A stretch of DNA of 64,000 nt from Pelagomonas calceolata (Eukaryota): NCBI GenBank assembly GCA_918797485.1, contig CAKKNE010000003.1:4092001-4156000 (forward strand), read 5' to 3'. Below are positions 23,054-34,346 of this stretch, one piece after another. Positions within the stretch are counted from its first letter, which is position 1. Each line of letters opens with the position of its first letter. Position numbers and translations under genes: made by a program. The notes beneath the pieces were generated by a model. It did no database searches. It was not told the origin of the DNA and saw only the letters and a program-made list of their open reading frames with translations.

Positions 23054-24076
23054 TTACAACCCTAGCGCCCGCGCTTTTACCGCTGGCCCGCCGATTGGAT
23101 CCTTCCAGCTGTTCGGCTCGACGCCGTTCCATCGATACACCAATTTCTCCATCCACCGGAAGATGCCCGACCGGTCCAGCAACGGGTTCAAGCCGCCGAA
23201 CAAGATGCAGTAGTGCTCCGCGTACGGGCTTCGATGATGCCGCCCGTGTTCTTCAGAAGACAACAATAACCCGCAGGCCTGGAGCCTCCTTATAAACGAC
23301 GGCTGTGACGACGGCGGCACGTGGGACCAGCGGTGGGCCTCCTGGGCGCAGACCTGGCCCCACAATAATACGGAAGTAGCGATGGCCGCGAAGGGTTTCA
23401 TGAGCGCACCGGCCACGAGAGCGAGGGGACCGGCCATGCGCGCGATCTTGTGCACGTTGTTGAAAGTACTTCGGTGCGTGATCGTCCACGGCGCGCCGTG
23501 GTGGCCCTGGAAGGCCGCGCAGGCCGGGCCGAAGACGGGCGTCTCGAGGCTCCCGTAATTGTCCGTCGCCCAGTGGAAGACGCCGCTAAAGAGCTCGGCT
23601 CCCACAAAACCCGCCGCGACGGCAATTATGGAAGTCATTTTCGTGACGTATTGGGCGTTGTGGACCACGCCCCATAATGATGCTAGAAACGACGCCGCGA
23701 CGGCTAGCGCCATGTGCGGCCTGTCATCCAGCGTGTCGCCCGGCAGGACCAGCGTGGGCACCGGGCCCTGGGCCTCCGGTCGTCGCCGTCGCTTCGCGAC
23801 GGCGTCGAGTTGTGGCTTTGTGTCGTCGACGATGACAATATCGAGCGCGTCGACGGCGTCGACCACGACCGGTGGCTCGGCGCCGACCGCGACCGGGAGC
23901 TTCTCGTCGAGCACGGCGGCGGCGGCGGCGCGCGCAGATGTCCGCGCCGGCCGCCGCGTCGCCGCGACGCCGCGCCGCGTCGGCAGGTGCAGCGCCACGC
24001 ATGGTGGGGTACAGCACGTCAGCAGCAAAGAGGCGGCGGCGACGCGTGGTCGTCTGCGCATCGGTCGTCGCGACAT
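23054..24076 (-). CDS. FAD4: fatty acid desaturase 4 / TMEM189-family desaturase
   Basis: His motifs FHWATDNYG, FQGHH, HRWSH, HGRHH; transit-like N-terminus. Confidence 0.85.
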   Translation of the reverse strand: MSRRPMRRRPRVAAASLLLTCCTPPCVALHLPTRRGVAATRRPARTSARAAAAAVLDEKLPVAVGAEPPVVVDAVDALDIVIVDDTKPQLDAVAKRRRRPEAQGPVPTLVLPGDTLDDRPHMALAVAASFLASLWGVVHNAQYVTKMTSIIAVAAGFVGAELFSGVFHWATDNYGSLETPVFGPACAAFQGHHGAPWTITHRSTFNNVHKIARMAGPLALVAGALMKPFAAIATSVLLWGQVCAQEAHRWSHVPPSSQPSFIRRLQACGLLLSSEEHGRHHRSPYAEHYCILFGGLNPLLDRSGIFRWMEKLVYRWNGVEPNSWKDPIGGPAVKARALGL

Positions 24077-24280
24077 GGGAGAGACGCGCGTGTCAAATCA
24101 GCAATGGTGGGAGCGAGTGGCGAGAGACCTCAATTTGATGCCATGCAAGGCGTGCTGAGTGGTAAGGTACCTCATACCTTATCACCTATGTTATCCCCCC
24201 TCCTAGCACCGTAACAGAAATATTACCTCGAGCGGAACGTTGCACACGAGTCCCAGGCACCGTATCAACACACAAAAAGC

Positions 24281-25750
24281 TTAGCCCAGGACGAACCCCG
24301 CCCCGCCGACCTCGACCACCCCCCGCAGCGACCCGACGAGCGCCCGCGTCCGCGCGGCGATCGCCGCCTCCGCTTCCTCCAAGGACGGATAGAGGTCGAC
24401 CACGGCGGCCCGGAGTTGCGACGTGGGCCAGAGCACGCTTCTTTCAAAAGACAGGAAGCGGCCGTCGTTCCTCGAGACCCTGTCGCAGACCTCGTCGACG
24501 GCCCGCCTCGCCGCGTCGACGACGCGGTCGCGGCCACAATGCGCCAGGGCGAGCTCGAGCAACGCCGTGCGTCTTGTTGAAAGCCCGACCGACGCGTTTT
24601 CGACTTGCAGAGGACCCTCGTCCAGGTACTCTCTCAACAAATCGAGGCGGTGGCTCCGATCTATATAGTGGCCTCCGGACAAATGCGCGCTAAAGTCCCC
24701 CGGCCGCCAGGCCAGCCGCGAGTTCTCGACGGCGCACCCCTGGGCAAAAAAGTCCGGCGCGCACGTGTGCGCGTTCCACGACGACTGCAGCGTCCGGTAC
24801 GGAAAGACGTGCACGGCGCCGACCCGCCCGTGCAGCGACGCCACCGCCGCCTGGTCCCAGGCGAAGCACCCCTTCAGCCAGCAGGCGTCGCCATCAGCCC
24901 GGAAAGGCTCGAGCCAGGCCGCCTCCAGAAGTAATTTGGCGTAGGCGCCGCCCCGCGTCGCTAACAATCCGGTATTGAAGGAATAACCCCCTCCAATTTG
25001 TGATTGGGCGTGGTGGTGGTAGTTCTCGTCGGCGCCCGCTCCTAAATAGTCTGGAGGTAGATCTGCCAGGATCGCATGCAATTGCATCGATGGCGCCGTC
25101 ACTACGACGTCGTCGTCGACAACGACGTAAAAATCAAAACAGTCCGCGTCCAGCAACCGCCTTAGTAAAAAGATCTTGTGCCAGTGGCCGGAGCGGACCT
25201 TCAAGTAGTAGTCGAGCTCCACTTTCAAGTCGTCGCTGTAGGCCGCCCAGTACTGATCATTGGACAGGTCGAGCGGGAAGAAGGCGTAGTTATGCTGGAG
25301 GCAGTAGTCCCTCCACGATTCCCAGGTCCGCTCCCTCAAATTCGTCGTGACGTGCGGCGCCACGCGTATGCCGTCCGACGCCGACGCGATCAACACCTTG
25401 GAACCGTTCTGGCAGAGCTGCTCCACGTTTTTTATGGAGACGGGCGGCCACCTCGCGGGGAGCGCCGCGTGTTCCACCACCAAGCGGGCGCAGGCCCAGT
25501 CTCCGGCGTCGCAGGTGCACTCCTCATCGGAACAGGTCGCGCCCTTCTTTGGGGCTGCCTCCACACAAGCCTCCGTGGCGCAGCCGACGCGCGCCGTGTC
25601 GTTCAGCCCACCCAAGAAGGCGAAGACGGCGTCGTCGACGGCGTGGGGCCCGCCGCACTCGACGAAACGCTCGGCGCCGTCGACCAGGACCGGCGTGGAG
25701 CAGGGCTGGAGCGCGCGCGCCGCCGCCGCGAGGAGGAGCACGAGGCGCAT
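24281..25750 (-). CDS. glycosyltransferase, GT34 (GMA12/MNN10)-like, with signal peptide
   Basis: YCLQHNY, WHKI, VDDD, FNTG, WDQ and GDFSAH motifs. Confidence 0.7.
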   Translation of the reverse strand: MRLVLLLAAAARALQPCSTPVLVDGAERFVECGGPHAVDDAVFAFLGGLNDTARVGCATEACVEAAPKKGATCSDEECTCDAGDWACARLVVEHAALPARWPPVSIKNVEQLCQNGSKVLIASASDGIRVAPHVTTNLRERTWESWRDYCLQHNYAFFPLDLSNDQYWAAYSDDLKVELDYYLKVRSGHWHKIFLLRRLLDADCFDFYVVVDDDVVVTAPSMQLHAILADLPPDYLGAGADENYHHHAQSQIGGGYSFNTGLLATRGGAYAKLLLEAAWLEPFRADGDACWLKGCFAWDQAAVASLHGRVGAVHVFPYRTLQSSWNAHTCAPDFFAQGCAVENSRLAWRPGDFSAHLSGGHYIDRSHRLDLLREYLDEGPLQVENASVGLSTRRTALLELALAHCGRDRVVDAARRAVDEVCDRVSRNDGRFLSFERSVLWPTSQLRAAVVDLYPSLEEAEAAIAARTRALVGSLRGVVEVGGAGFVLG

Positions 25751-26112
25751 CTCTGCTGCCCTTGCGCGGGCTGGGGTCGACACGCGTGCGTTCCGCACCG
25801 GGGTGTCGCAACGCGCTTCGTATAAGCTGCCCCGTTGTGGCGCGTCGTGGGGCCGGCAGGGGAGCGCTTTGGTCGAAGGGCAGCCTCGCAGCGGCAGCCC
25901 AGCAGCGGCCTGTGGTCGTGCACGCCGCCGGATCCGGCGCACGCCTCGTCGCATCGCTGCCGGTGCGTCCCGCATCAGTCATTGACGAGCGCCGGGCAGC
26001 CGCATCCGTGCGCGCGAGTCACCTACAAACCTTGCGCTGCGCGGGCGGCCACCAACGTACGGAAACGATCCGCAGCGCCCATCCGCGCAGAGATTTGCGC
26101 TGCAAGACCGCC

Positions 26113-27702
26113 ATGGGGAGCCCACGCAGCCCCTCAATGGACGACATGTTCGAGAAGTACTCGACGGTGCAATTCGCGGACGACGGCGCCGCCGCCTCCG
26201 AGCCTAGCGAAGAGGATTCGGTGGAGCGCGTGCGACGCATGGCCCTGGACGTCGCGGAGGGCGCCGACGACGCCAGCGAACCACCGGAGGAGGCCGACGG
26301 CGAGAAGATCGAGCGCATCCGGCCGCCGACGCCGACGGCCTCGCAACGAGCGCGCGCGGCGTTAATTCGCTCTTGCGTGCACCCCAAGCCGCCGAAGGAG
26401 TGCACGGACACGTGTCACTCCTTCCACCACGGCGCCACGGAAGGGTCGGGAACGTTTGGGAGTGGAGCGAACGTGTTTACCGATAAAGGTACGAGGAGAT
26501 TAGCTGCTGTTTTGAACGATCGGTTGACGTCCGATAGTGATCGGAAAGCGGCTTGTACCCTCATACATACTTCTTGTTATGACGAGGCCAACGCTAAACT
26601 CGTCGTGGATATTGATATCGTGCCCCAGATCATCAAGATCGCGAAGCACGATGGGTTCGAGTCGAAGGCCGAGGCTTGTTGTGCTTTAGCGGTGATAGCG
26701 ATTCATTTCCCGGAGCACATCGTCGAGGCCATTCCTACCCTCTCAAATTTGTTGGAGGCGCCGGCCGTCGTTTCTGGGAGCGCGGCCTGGGCTTTATCTA
26801 CCTTGGCCGCGGATGACGACCACCGGCCTTCAGTATATAAGGCAAAACTCATCCCGAAGCTCATTAAGTTGATCAAGGACGGCTCTACCGATGATTGTAG
26901 GGGGCACGCGGCGGCCTGCCTCTGGAACCTGGCCTGTGACGACGACATCCGCCCTCAGTGCATGGACGCCATCGATCCCTTGGTCGCGATGGCCCACGAG
27001 TGCCACAGCGTCGACGCGCGGCGGCGGGCCGCCGTATGTCTAGATTGTTTGATGGCCTACGAGTCGTTCGAGCGGGACTGGCACCTCGAGAAGCTCAACC
27101 AGCCCGTCATCGACCGCGTGAAACTCGCGGTGACGAACGAGAACGAGAAGCTGATCCAGCAGATGATTTCGGACTGCGACGCCGCGGACCGGCGCTACGA
27201 GGAGGACTTGAGGCTCGATCGCATCGCGAGCGGCAATCCGTTGCCGGGCGACCTGCCCGAGCCCGAGGAGGCGCCGGTCGAGGCCCCGGCGCCGGCGCCG
27301 TCGCCGTCGCCCGACTCCTTCCAGGACGCCTTCGACGTGGCGATCCGGCCGTACGAGCCCGACGCCGAGGACCTGACGGAGGAGGCACGCGCGTGGAAGG
27401 ACTGGGAGGAGCGGTCCGCGGCGCGCTACGAGGCTGGCCCGGAGCCCGAGCCCGAGGACCCGTTTCCCGATAGAAGGACGACGTCGACGGCGGCGGCGCT
27501 CGCGAGTGCGGTGCGGGACGCGCCGCCGCCGCCGCCCGTGCCGCGCGCGTCACAGAACTTCCGCACAAAAGGTGCGAGGGAGTGGCTCGCGCGGACGGGC
27601 TTCGGGACTTACGAAGCAGATCCTCCTCCCAAGGACGAGGCGCCCGCGCCCGCGCCGGCGCCTCCAGAGGGCAGCCCGCCGGACCCGGGGAGTATCGACT
27701 AA
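26113..27702 (+). CDS. armadillo-repeat protein
   Basis: ARM repeats (AAWALSTLA, AAACLWNLA, IPKLIKLI). Confidence 0.75.
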   Translation: MGSPRSPSMDDMFEKYSTVQFADDGAAASEPSEEDSVERVRRMALDVAEGADDASEPPEEADGEKIERIRPPTPTASQRARAALIRSCVHPKPPKECTDTCHSFHHGATEGSGTFGSGANVFTDKGTRRLAAVLNDRLTSDSDRKAACTLIHTSCYDEANAKLVVDIDIVPQIIKIAKHDGFESKAEACCALAVIAIHFPEHIVEAIPTLSNLLEAPAVVSGSAAWALSTLAADDDHRPSVYKAKLIPKLIKLIKDGSTDDCRGHAAACLWNLACDDDIRPQCMDAIDPLVAMAHECHSVDARRRAAVCLDCLMAYESFERDWHLEKLNQPVIDRVKLAVTNENEKLIQQMISDCDAADRRYEEDLRLDRIASGNPLPGDLPEPEEAPVEAPAPAPSPSPDSFQDAFDVAIRPYEPDAEDLTEEARAWKDWEERSAARYEAGPEPEPEDPFPDRRTTSTAAALASAVRDAPPPPPVPRASQNFRTKGAREWLARTGFGTYEADPPPKDEAPAPAPAPPEGSPPDPGSID

Positions 27703-27798
27703 AGATGTATCAACTAACGCCCGCCGAGGCGGTGTTGCACCGATTACGAAACACAGAGAAATTACGAAAAAGAAATCGCGGCGCGCAGATAAGCGCTA

Positions 27799-29013
27799 CT
27801 AGTTCACATACCCCGCGTCGAAGCCCTTCGTGTAGCCGTCGTCCGTCCAGCCCTCGAGGCGCTCGACGATACTGCGCCGCGACAGCGCGGCGACCTCGTC
27901 GTCGTAGCCGGCGTGGTTCGGCACGCGCGGCTCGCGCACTTTTTTTGCCCGTCGTTTGCGGTAGGACGCGACCCAGGGCGCCGGCTCCGTGACCGACGGC
28001 GTGCGCGGCTTGTCGCTGTAGTACTGGCCCCAGGCCGTGCGCTCGGGCGCGCCGTCGTGGCCGAGCCGCCGCACGCCCGTGTCCGTGCGGAAGAGCTCGA
28101 GCGGTCCCAGGGCCTTGGCTCGCGCGCACTGCCGCGACTGTTCTCTGGGAGACCCCAGGGGCCACTGCACGTGGTACGTCCCGTCCAGCTCGATGTCGAT
28201 GGGAATGTGCGTATGTCCAAACACGTGGACGTCCGGCCGCAACGCCAACACGACGTCGCCGAGGTGGTCCGACCCGCTCACCTTGGCTAAACAAGGCTCC
28301 AGTAAAAAACGTTTTTCCGGAACACATTCAAAACGCGGCGAGAAGTGCGAGAACGTCACGAGCGGTGTATTGTCCCTTGCAATGTTGTTGGTGGCCGCGA
28401 AGTAGGCGCTCAGGTCATGATCTCCCGCGCCCATGCCGTGCGCCACGGCCTCTTTACCATTTCGTCCCAGTAGTGCTGGCGGCCATCTACATTTCCTATA
28501 GTCGGCCCAGCGCCGCGCAAAGCCCCTGGAGCCGTCGTCGTCGGGTAGGACCGACGGTTCCCGGTCGTGCGAGGCGTGGTACCAGCCCCGCAGCGGCGCG
28601 ACGGTGACGGCGCGCCCCCTGGCATCCTCTAAAGTCGCCGGCGCCGTGCGGCACCCGCAGGCCTCCGCGACGCCTTCGCACGCCCGCAGCTTCGCCACGG
28701 AGTCGCCGATGCCGTCCTCTCTATCGGTAGAAGTGACCCAGGCTTCATGATTTCCAGGGACGTAAAACACGTCGTCAAAAGTACGTCGCAGCGCCGTTAA
28801 TGCGTCGCGGAGCGTGTCTCTATCTGCAGTGACGTCGCCGGCGATGATCAGGGCGAGGTGGCCCTCGCCGGGCGGCCTCTCCAAGGTTTTCACGGTGTCG
28901 AGGTTCGCCGCGTAGTCGACGTGCAAATCGCTGAGGCCGAAGAGGCGCACGACCGGTTTCGTCGTCGCCAGCGCGCTGGCCGTGCACAGTGCTGCTGCAT
29001 GGACGACGCGCAT
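27799..29013 (-). CDS. calcineurin-like metallophosphoesterase
   Basis: SDLH, AGD, PGNHE, FSHF and FGHTH motifs. Confidence 0.85.
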   Translation of the reverse strand: MRVVHAAALCTASALATTKPVVRLFGLSDLHVDYAANLDTVKTLERPPGEGHLALIIAGDVTADRDTLRDALTALRRTFDDVFYVPGNHEAWVTSTDREDGIGDSVAKLRACEGVAEACGCRTAPATLEDARGRAVTVAPLRGWYHASHDREPSVLPDDDGSRGFARRWADYRKCRWPPALLGRNGKEAVAHGMGAGDHDLSAYFAATNNIARDNTPLVTFSHFSPRFECVPEKRFLLEPCLAKVSGSDHLGDVVLALRPDVHVFGHTHIPIDIELDGTYHVQWPLGSPREQSRQCARAKALGPLELFRTDTGVRRLGHDGAPERTAWGQYYSDKPRTPSVTEPAPWVASYRKRRAKKVREPRVPNHAGYDDEVAALSRRSIVERLEGWTDDGYTKGFDAGYVN

Positions 29014-29331
29014 CCTCGTCCGCCGCACGCCTGCAGGGCTCTGCACACTGCAGCCTCAGTGCAGGCTGCAAAGCTATTCCAAGGAGCGTGCAAAATGCAC
29101 GGAGTGCTTCAGGAGTGGCCGCAAGGCAGCAATGCGGAATCAAGCACGTAAACTGTTGGGTTTATCGGCACAAATGCCGGCGTAAAGCTCAATCTCAATC
29201 TCTGTAGACCCGCACGTTGTCTGCCTCGGTCCGGAGCCGCCAGGGCGGCGTCAAGGGCCGCATAACGACGCCTGTGAGCGGCATTCATCGCACATGATTG
29301 ATTTCCAATCGATGCGGCAGCGAGAGCAGTA

Positions 29332-31083
29332 ATGGCAGCCGCAGTCCAACCCACAATCGAGGAGCTCTGTGAAGCCTGGGCGACCGCGACAGACGCCGAC
29401 GCGGTCGGAGAGCTCGCGGACGAGCTGGCGAGACGGGCGCTGGATGTGCGCGATCCCGACGACGTCGCGCGGTTGTGCTCGGCAATCGTCGCGCGGCTGA
29501 ATGGCAGCAAAGACGACGACGACGAGATTGCCGCCGTGCTTGACGCGGTGACGTGCGGGCCGCTGGGGACCCCAGGCGCGCGCGGCGACGCACTTCGACG
29601 GGAGACTCTGGTCTTCCCGGGAGGCGTAGCGTGGGGCCTCAACGGCAAGTTCCACGGGCCGGCGCTGCGGGCGGCTTGCGCCGAGTTCTTGCTCGCGTGT
29701 GCGCGGCGCGACGCGGAGCGGGCCGGCCCCGTGGTCCGCCTTGTCGCCGAGACCGTCGCCGACCCGTATTCTTCCCGGGAGACGTGCCTCAGCACTGCCG
29801 CCGACCCGGCGTCGCGGCGCCTCCGGGCCCTCGTCGCTACCTTCGGCCCCGCGGCGCCGTCATACGAGTATGTGCTGCGGAGGCGTCGCGTCCCTGGGGG
29901 CGACATCGACCACCTGCTGAGGGTGGCCGCCAGAAAGTTTCCGAGCGACGAAGCGTGCGAGGTCGCCGAGCGGCTCGGCTCAATACTAGGCCGCGAGTTC
30001 TTCGAGCGCGACTGGGAGGCGCGCTGCGTCTGGCGCCGCGTGGACGGCTCCGGCGGCGCTCGGTCGTGCTTCCACGGGTCCTCACCGGCTCTGGCGGCCC
30101 CGCGGTGGCCGCCGCCGGCGGCCAGCTCAGGCGACGAACCCGCGCCGCCACCGGCGAAGCGTGCGCGCCGTGGCGAGGGCCAAGGGCCATTGCTGGAGGA
30201 CGTGGAGAGCCTCTGCGCCGGTCGTATGGAAGGCGCGTCGTCGATCGACCGCGCGCGCGGCCGGGGCGAAGCACTTGCGGAGGATTTTGCCCTGGAATTG
30301 CTGGAGGACGACCGCCCGCCGCTAGATGGTGTCGACTTCTACCGCGTCGGCGGTTCCACGGTCGTGCTGAATGCGGACGCGCGGTGGCGGATTTGTGCTC
30401 AATGTAGAGACGCCGTGCAGAGGAGGTTGCATGTCGCTTGCTCTGTCAACCTCTATGCGACGCCGGCCGGCGCGACGACGCTCGAGCCGCACGCTGACGA
30501 CCATTGCGTCTTCATCGCGCAGCTGTCGGGCGCGAAGCTGTGGCGAATCTTCCTTGATGGTGAGCAGTTTCCGGACCTCGGCGCGACGCTACCGCGGCCG
30601 GCCGACGACGCCAACTCTTTCTTCGTCACGCTGTACGCGGGCGACGTGCTGTATTGCCCCCGCGGCGCGCCGCACGTCTGCCAGGCGCTGGACGGAGAAC
30701 CGAGCATCCACGTCTCGGTAGGGCTCGACCTGGACCCGACGTTGACGTGGATCAGTGCCCTCCAGACGTTTGTGAGCAAGGCGAGGGGTGATCGCCACCG
30801 CGCCGATCTGATCGAAGCGGCGCGCGCCGCGCCGGAACTGCGCGGCGCGGTCCTGCCTGCGCTGAGCTACGATTTCGATGAGGGGATGAGCGCGGCGCGG
30901 AAGCGGGCGGCAGCCGCGCTCGAGGCCCTCGGGCGCTCGGACGCCGCCGAGGCCGTGCGGGCCGAGCCGTCGGAGTTGCGGTGCGGTGCCGTGATCGGCT
31001 CCCTGGCGCATCGCGTCCGGACCGCACTGGAGCAGAGCCTCGCCGTGACCACATTGCTGCGGGCACGCGCGGGCGCACTCTAG
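29332..31083 (+). CDS. JmjC/cupin-4 oxygenase (RIOX1/NO66-like)
   Basis: NLYATP, PHADD, QLSGAKLW, GDVLYCPRG.PH, SIHVS. Confidence 0.85.
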   Translation: MAAAVQPTIEELCEAWATATDADAVGELADELARRALDVRDPDDVARLCSAIVARLNGSKDDDDEIAAVLDAVTCGPLGTPGARGDALRRETLVFPGGVAWGLNGKFHGPALRAACAEFLLACARRDAERAGPVVRLVAETVADPYSSRETCLSTAADPASRRLRALVATFGPAAPSYEYVLRRRRVPGGDIDHLLRVAARKFPSDEACEVAERLGSILGREFFERDWEARCVWRRVDGSGGARSCFHGSSPALAAPRWPPPAASSGDEPAPPPAKRARRGEGQGPLLEDVESLCAGRMEGASSIDRARGRGEALAEDFALELLEDDRPPLDGVDFYRVGGSTVVLNADARWRICAQCRDAVQRRLHVACSVNLYATPAGATTLEPHADDHCVFIAQLSGAKLWRIFLDGEQFPDLGATLPRPADDANSFFVTLYAGDVLYCPRGAPHVCQALDGEPSIHVSVGLDLDPTLTWISALQTFVSKARGDRHRADLIEAARAAPELRGAVLPALSYDFDEGMSAARKRAAAALEALGRSDAAEAVRAEPSELRCGAVIGSLAHRVRTALEQSLAVTTLLRARAGAL

Positions 31084-31118
31084 CACCGTTCTGTTGTGTA
31101 AAACCACTAATATAACTA

Positions 31119-31727
31119 TTACTTCCCCGGTCCCTTCTTCCGGCCCGCCTTCTTCTTCCGCGGCCCGGCGGCCTTCTCGATCTTCTTCTCGACGTAAGCC
31201 TCGTACTGCGCCTTGTACTGCTCGTGCCGATCTCTCTCCTGCTTGATCCGTTTCGCTCTGATAGTAAGCTTCGGAATCATCTCGCCCATCTTCCGCATCA
31301 GGTCCATCCTACATTTGATCTCCTCATTTACGGGCTTGCCGTCATCATCAAAGATCTTGACCCTTATACGGCCGGGATAGGCCGTGTTGTCTCGCGGTAT
31401 CACTTTGTACGGCTCCATCACATGCGTGAGTTTGAGGAACTGGCAGACCTCGCCCATCTCCTGGACGATCGGGTTGTCGCAGCACTGCTCTTTACTTATT
31501 CTACGACCCTTTTGGATCGTCTTCAGGCGGTTGATATTATTGGGCCAGACGGCCGGCAACTTCCCGGCGTCGACCTGGCCGGCCATCATCCTAGGCCAGG
31601 TTATTTTTGTATTGGGGTCGGGCGGCGCATAATCTACTTCCGGCTCGGCGTCGTAGGCGGCTTCCTGCCTGGCTAACGCTTGGCGTTGGGCTAATTTTTG
31701 TTGTCTTTTGCTCGGGCCCTTGGGCAT
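31119..31727 (-). CDS. SRP19: signal recognition particle 19 kDa protein
   Basis: VWP.NIN..KT...GRRISKE..CDNP...E, PRD...GRIRVK, basic tail. Confidence 0.88.
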   Translation of the reverse strand: MPKGPSKRQQKLAQRQALARQEAAYDAEPEVDYAPPDPNTKITWPRMMAGQVDAGKLPAVWPNNINRLKTIQKGRRISKEQCCDNPIVQEMGEVCQFLKLTHVMEPYKVIPRDNTAYPGRIRVKIFDDDGKPVNEEIKCRMDLMRKMGEMIPKLTIRAKRIKQERDRHEQYKAQYEAYVEKKIEKAAGPRKKKAGRKKGPGK

Positions 31728-32207
31728 CTTTTACGCAGCGTTGCCGCCGCGCGGCTCTTGCGAGCTGTGTGCCGAGCTGCACTTGGGTTGCCACCGCTTT
31801 TCAGCCGTGGCGGGCGCTCTTGCGAGCGATTTGTGGCGCGCGCTGGCGATGCAGCGATGCGCGCAACCAATGCGGTAACCGGTGCTATTGGCACGCAGCG
31901 GCGGCGTCGCGGCTGCAGCAAGCAAGCTTGAGAGGCTTGGTCGGGTTTTGTCGCAGGCGTCGCGCCGTTGCAGGAAGGTGTTGTGAGGGGTCGTATGAAG
32001 GTACGAACGAATGGTTTTTGGCTCTCGACTGGCGCCAGGGGCAGCTGTTTTGATGCAAGTGAATTTTGTCAAATCGATTGAATCGAGTGCAAAGCTGCCG
32101 CATTAATGACAATACAGGCAACTGGGTTGTAAAAACTCTATCGCACTACCGTCTGCGCCACGCTCAGCAAGCAGGAGCCAGCGGAAGCGCCGCGTTGGCG
32201 CAAAACC

Positions 32208-34271
32208 ATGCCCAGATTCAAAACACTGGCGTTGCTCGTCGCGCTCCGCCACACCAAAGCCGGCACCACGAGCGACTACGCGCGACCAAGCCGAGCGCGC
32301 GACCTCCGCGCGCACGAACTCGGTTGCTCTTACACGAACACGGCACCCACGACGCCGGGCGACGACCTCTTCCGCGGCTTCGCGTGCGACTCGCAGGCGC
32401 ACGTCTCCTTCGCGTCGCCGACGAGCGCGATTTTGTCATATGTGACTCCGGACGCGGTGCCGACGGAACTGAGGTACAAACGCCGGGGCCAGCGGCTCTG
32501 GCGCACCGCGTTCGGTGACGCGCGGTCGTACACGGCTTTGGCCAACGTCGACCCCATGCTCTGGGCGCCGACGATGGGCGAGCCGTCCTATACGTTGGAC
32601 GAAGTACGAGCGGCGGCGAACACGACGAGCTGGGCCGTGCCGGGCTCGGCTTCTAGAAGGGCGCCTCCCTATCCGCGCTGGCTCCAGTCTTACAACGATC
32701 CGGCGATGATCTACTCGAGTCCCGTGATCCACACGGTGACGCTGACGGAGTTGGAGGCGGGTGAAACTTACGAGTACGAGCTCGCGGACGGCGTGCACGA
32801 GTTCCGCATGCCTCCCGCCACGTACCCCGTCAGACTGGGCCTCGCGGCCGACGTGGGCCAGACGGTCGCGTCCTGTGTGGAACTCAAATTTACGGCGCGT
32901 TCGTCCTGAATCGCCGCGGCGACCTCCACGCCATCGACGCGACACCTGCTCGACGGCGTGGCGGTGTCGGTTCCTCACCGCTCGACGGATCCAGTGCACC
33001 CGACACCCTGGTTGATTTCCACACAGGTCGTGTCGAACCGGAGCTTCGCGAAACTGGCTGCATTAGAGCCGGACGCCGTACTACTCTCGGGCGACCTGTC
33101 CTACGCGGACGGCTGGCCCTGGCGCTGGGACTCGCGCGGACGCGGTGTCCATCCATTGTCGCCGAGACGCCTTCGACGCGGCACGCCTCGCAGGTTCGGT
33201 GCGCTCGCCTCGCCCTTGCTCTCGCGCGTCCCGGTCCTCGTCACCGGCGGCAACCACGAGGTCGGCTCGTCCGAGGCCTGGCTCCACTATCTCGAAAGGT
33301 GGCCGACGCCCTACCGCGAAGCGCGCTCGACGAGTCCGCTCTATTGGTCGGCAGACGTCGGGCCGGTCCACGTCGTCGCGCTGAACAGCTACGACAACTT
33401 CGTGCACGGTGGAGATCGCCTCCAGCGAAGTTGGCTCGAGGACGACCTCTCCAAAGTCGACCGCGCGGCGACGCCGTGGCTCATAGTGATGATGCACGCC
33501 CCGTTCTACAACTCCAACAGCGCCCACGCCCTCGAGGCCGAGCTCATGAGGTTAACCTACGAGCCGCTCCTCCTGAAATATGGTGTGGACGTCGTGCTGA
33601 GCGGCCACGTGCACGCGTACGAAAGGAGCGACGCGCGCGGCATTTATGACGCCCAACCCAACGCGTGCGGACCGGTCTACCTCAACCTCGGCGACGGCGG
33701 CAATAGGGAAGGAGGCGAGGCGGCGTGGGTCGCGCCGCACCCGGAGTGGTCTGCTTTTCGAGAGTCGTCCTTCGGCGTCGGCGCTCTGGACATCATAAAT
33801 GAGACGCATGCGTCCTACGCGTGGCACCGCGACGCCTGCGGGGCATCGACGGCGCCGCACTACGACCTCGCCGCAAACGACTGCGCGACGCCGCACGACG
33901 CCGGCGGCGCGCCGCACGTCGCTATCGACGCGATCGTATTGCGCCGCGATCTGCGCGCGTCTCCGTCGTGCGCCGCCCTGCGACGAAACCCGCCTTCCGT
34001 ATCACCCTTCCCCGACGGCTGGGGCACGTCCAACGCGGCGAACGACGACGATGCCCCGCCACCTTTGATTCGGGAGCGGCGGAGCGTCGAGCTGTCGCTC
34101 GTCGCTATTATATTGGGCACGGCGGCGTCGTTCATCCTCGGCATCTGCGCCGCGGCGCTGACGAGCCGCGTGACGCGCCGACCCTCAGAGACGATACTGA
34201 CGCCGCACAAGGGCTACGGGCTGGTCGACGAGAAGCGGTCGCCGGACTCCGTCATCGTGGAGATGCTGTGA
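32208..34271 (+). CDS. purple acid phosphatase with C-terminal TM helix, 2 introns
   Basis: DVGQT, GDLSYAD, GNHE, HAPFY, GHVHAYER. Introns 32865-33026 and probably 33134-33193 (GC-AG). Confidence 0.9.
32873..33026 (-). mobile_element. introner in purple acid phosphatase, reverse orientation
   Basis: Same TIRs; TSD GTCGCGTC / GTCGTGTC. Interior is the reverse complement of the FEN1/chlG copies. Confidence 0.88.
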
Positions 34272-34346
34272 AGTGTATAAAGTGAATGTATATATATGAT
34301 CTTCTTATCCCCGCGCGCGCGGCGCCTCGTCGACGTGTCGCCGTGG

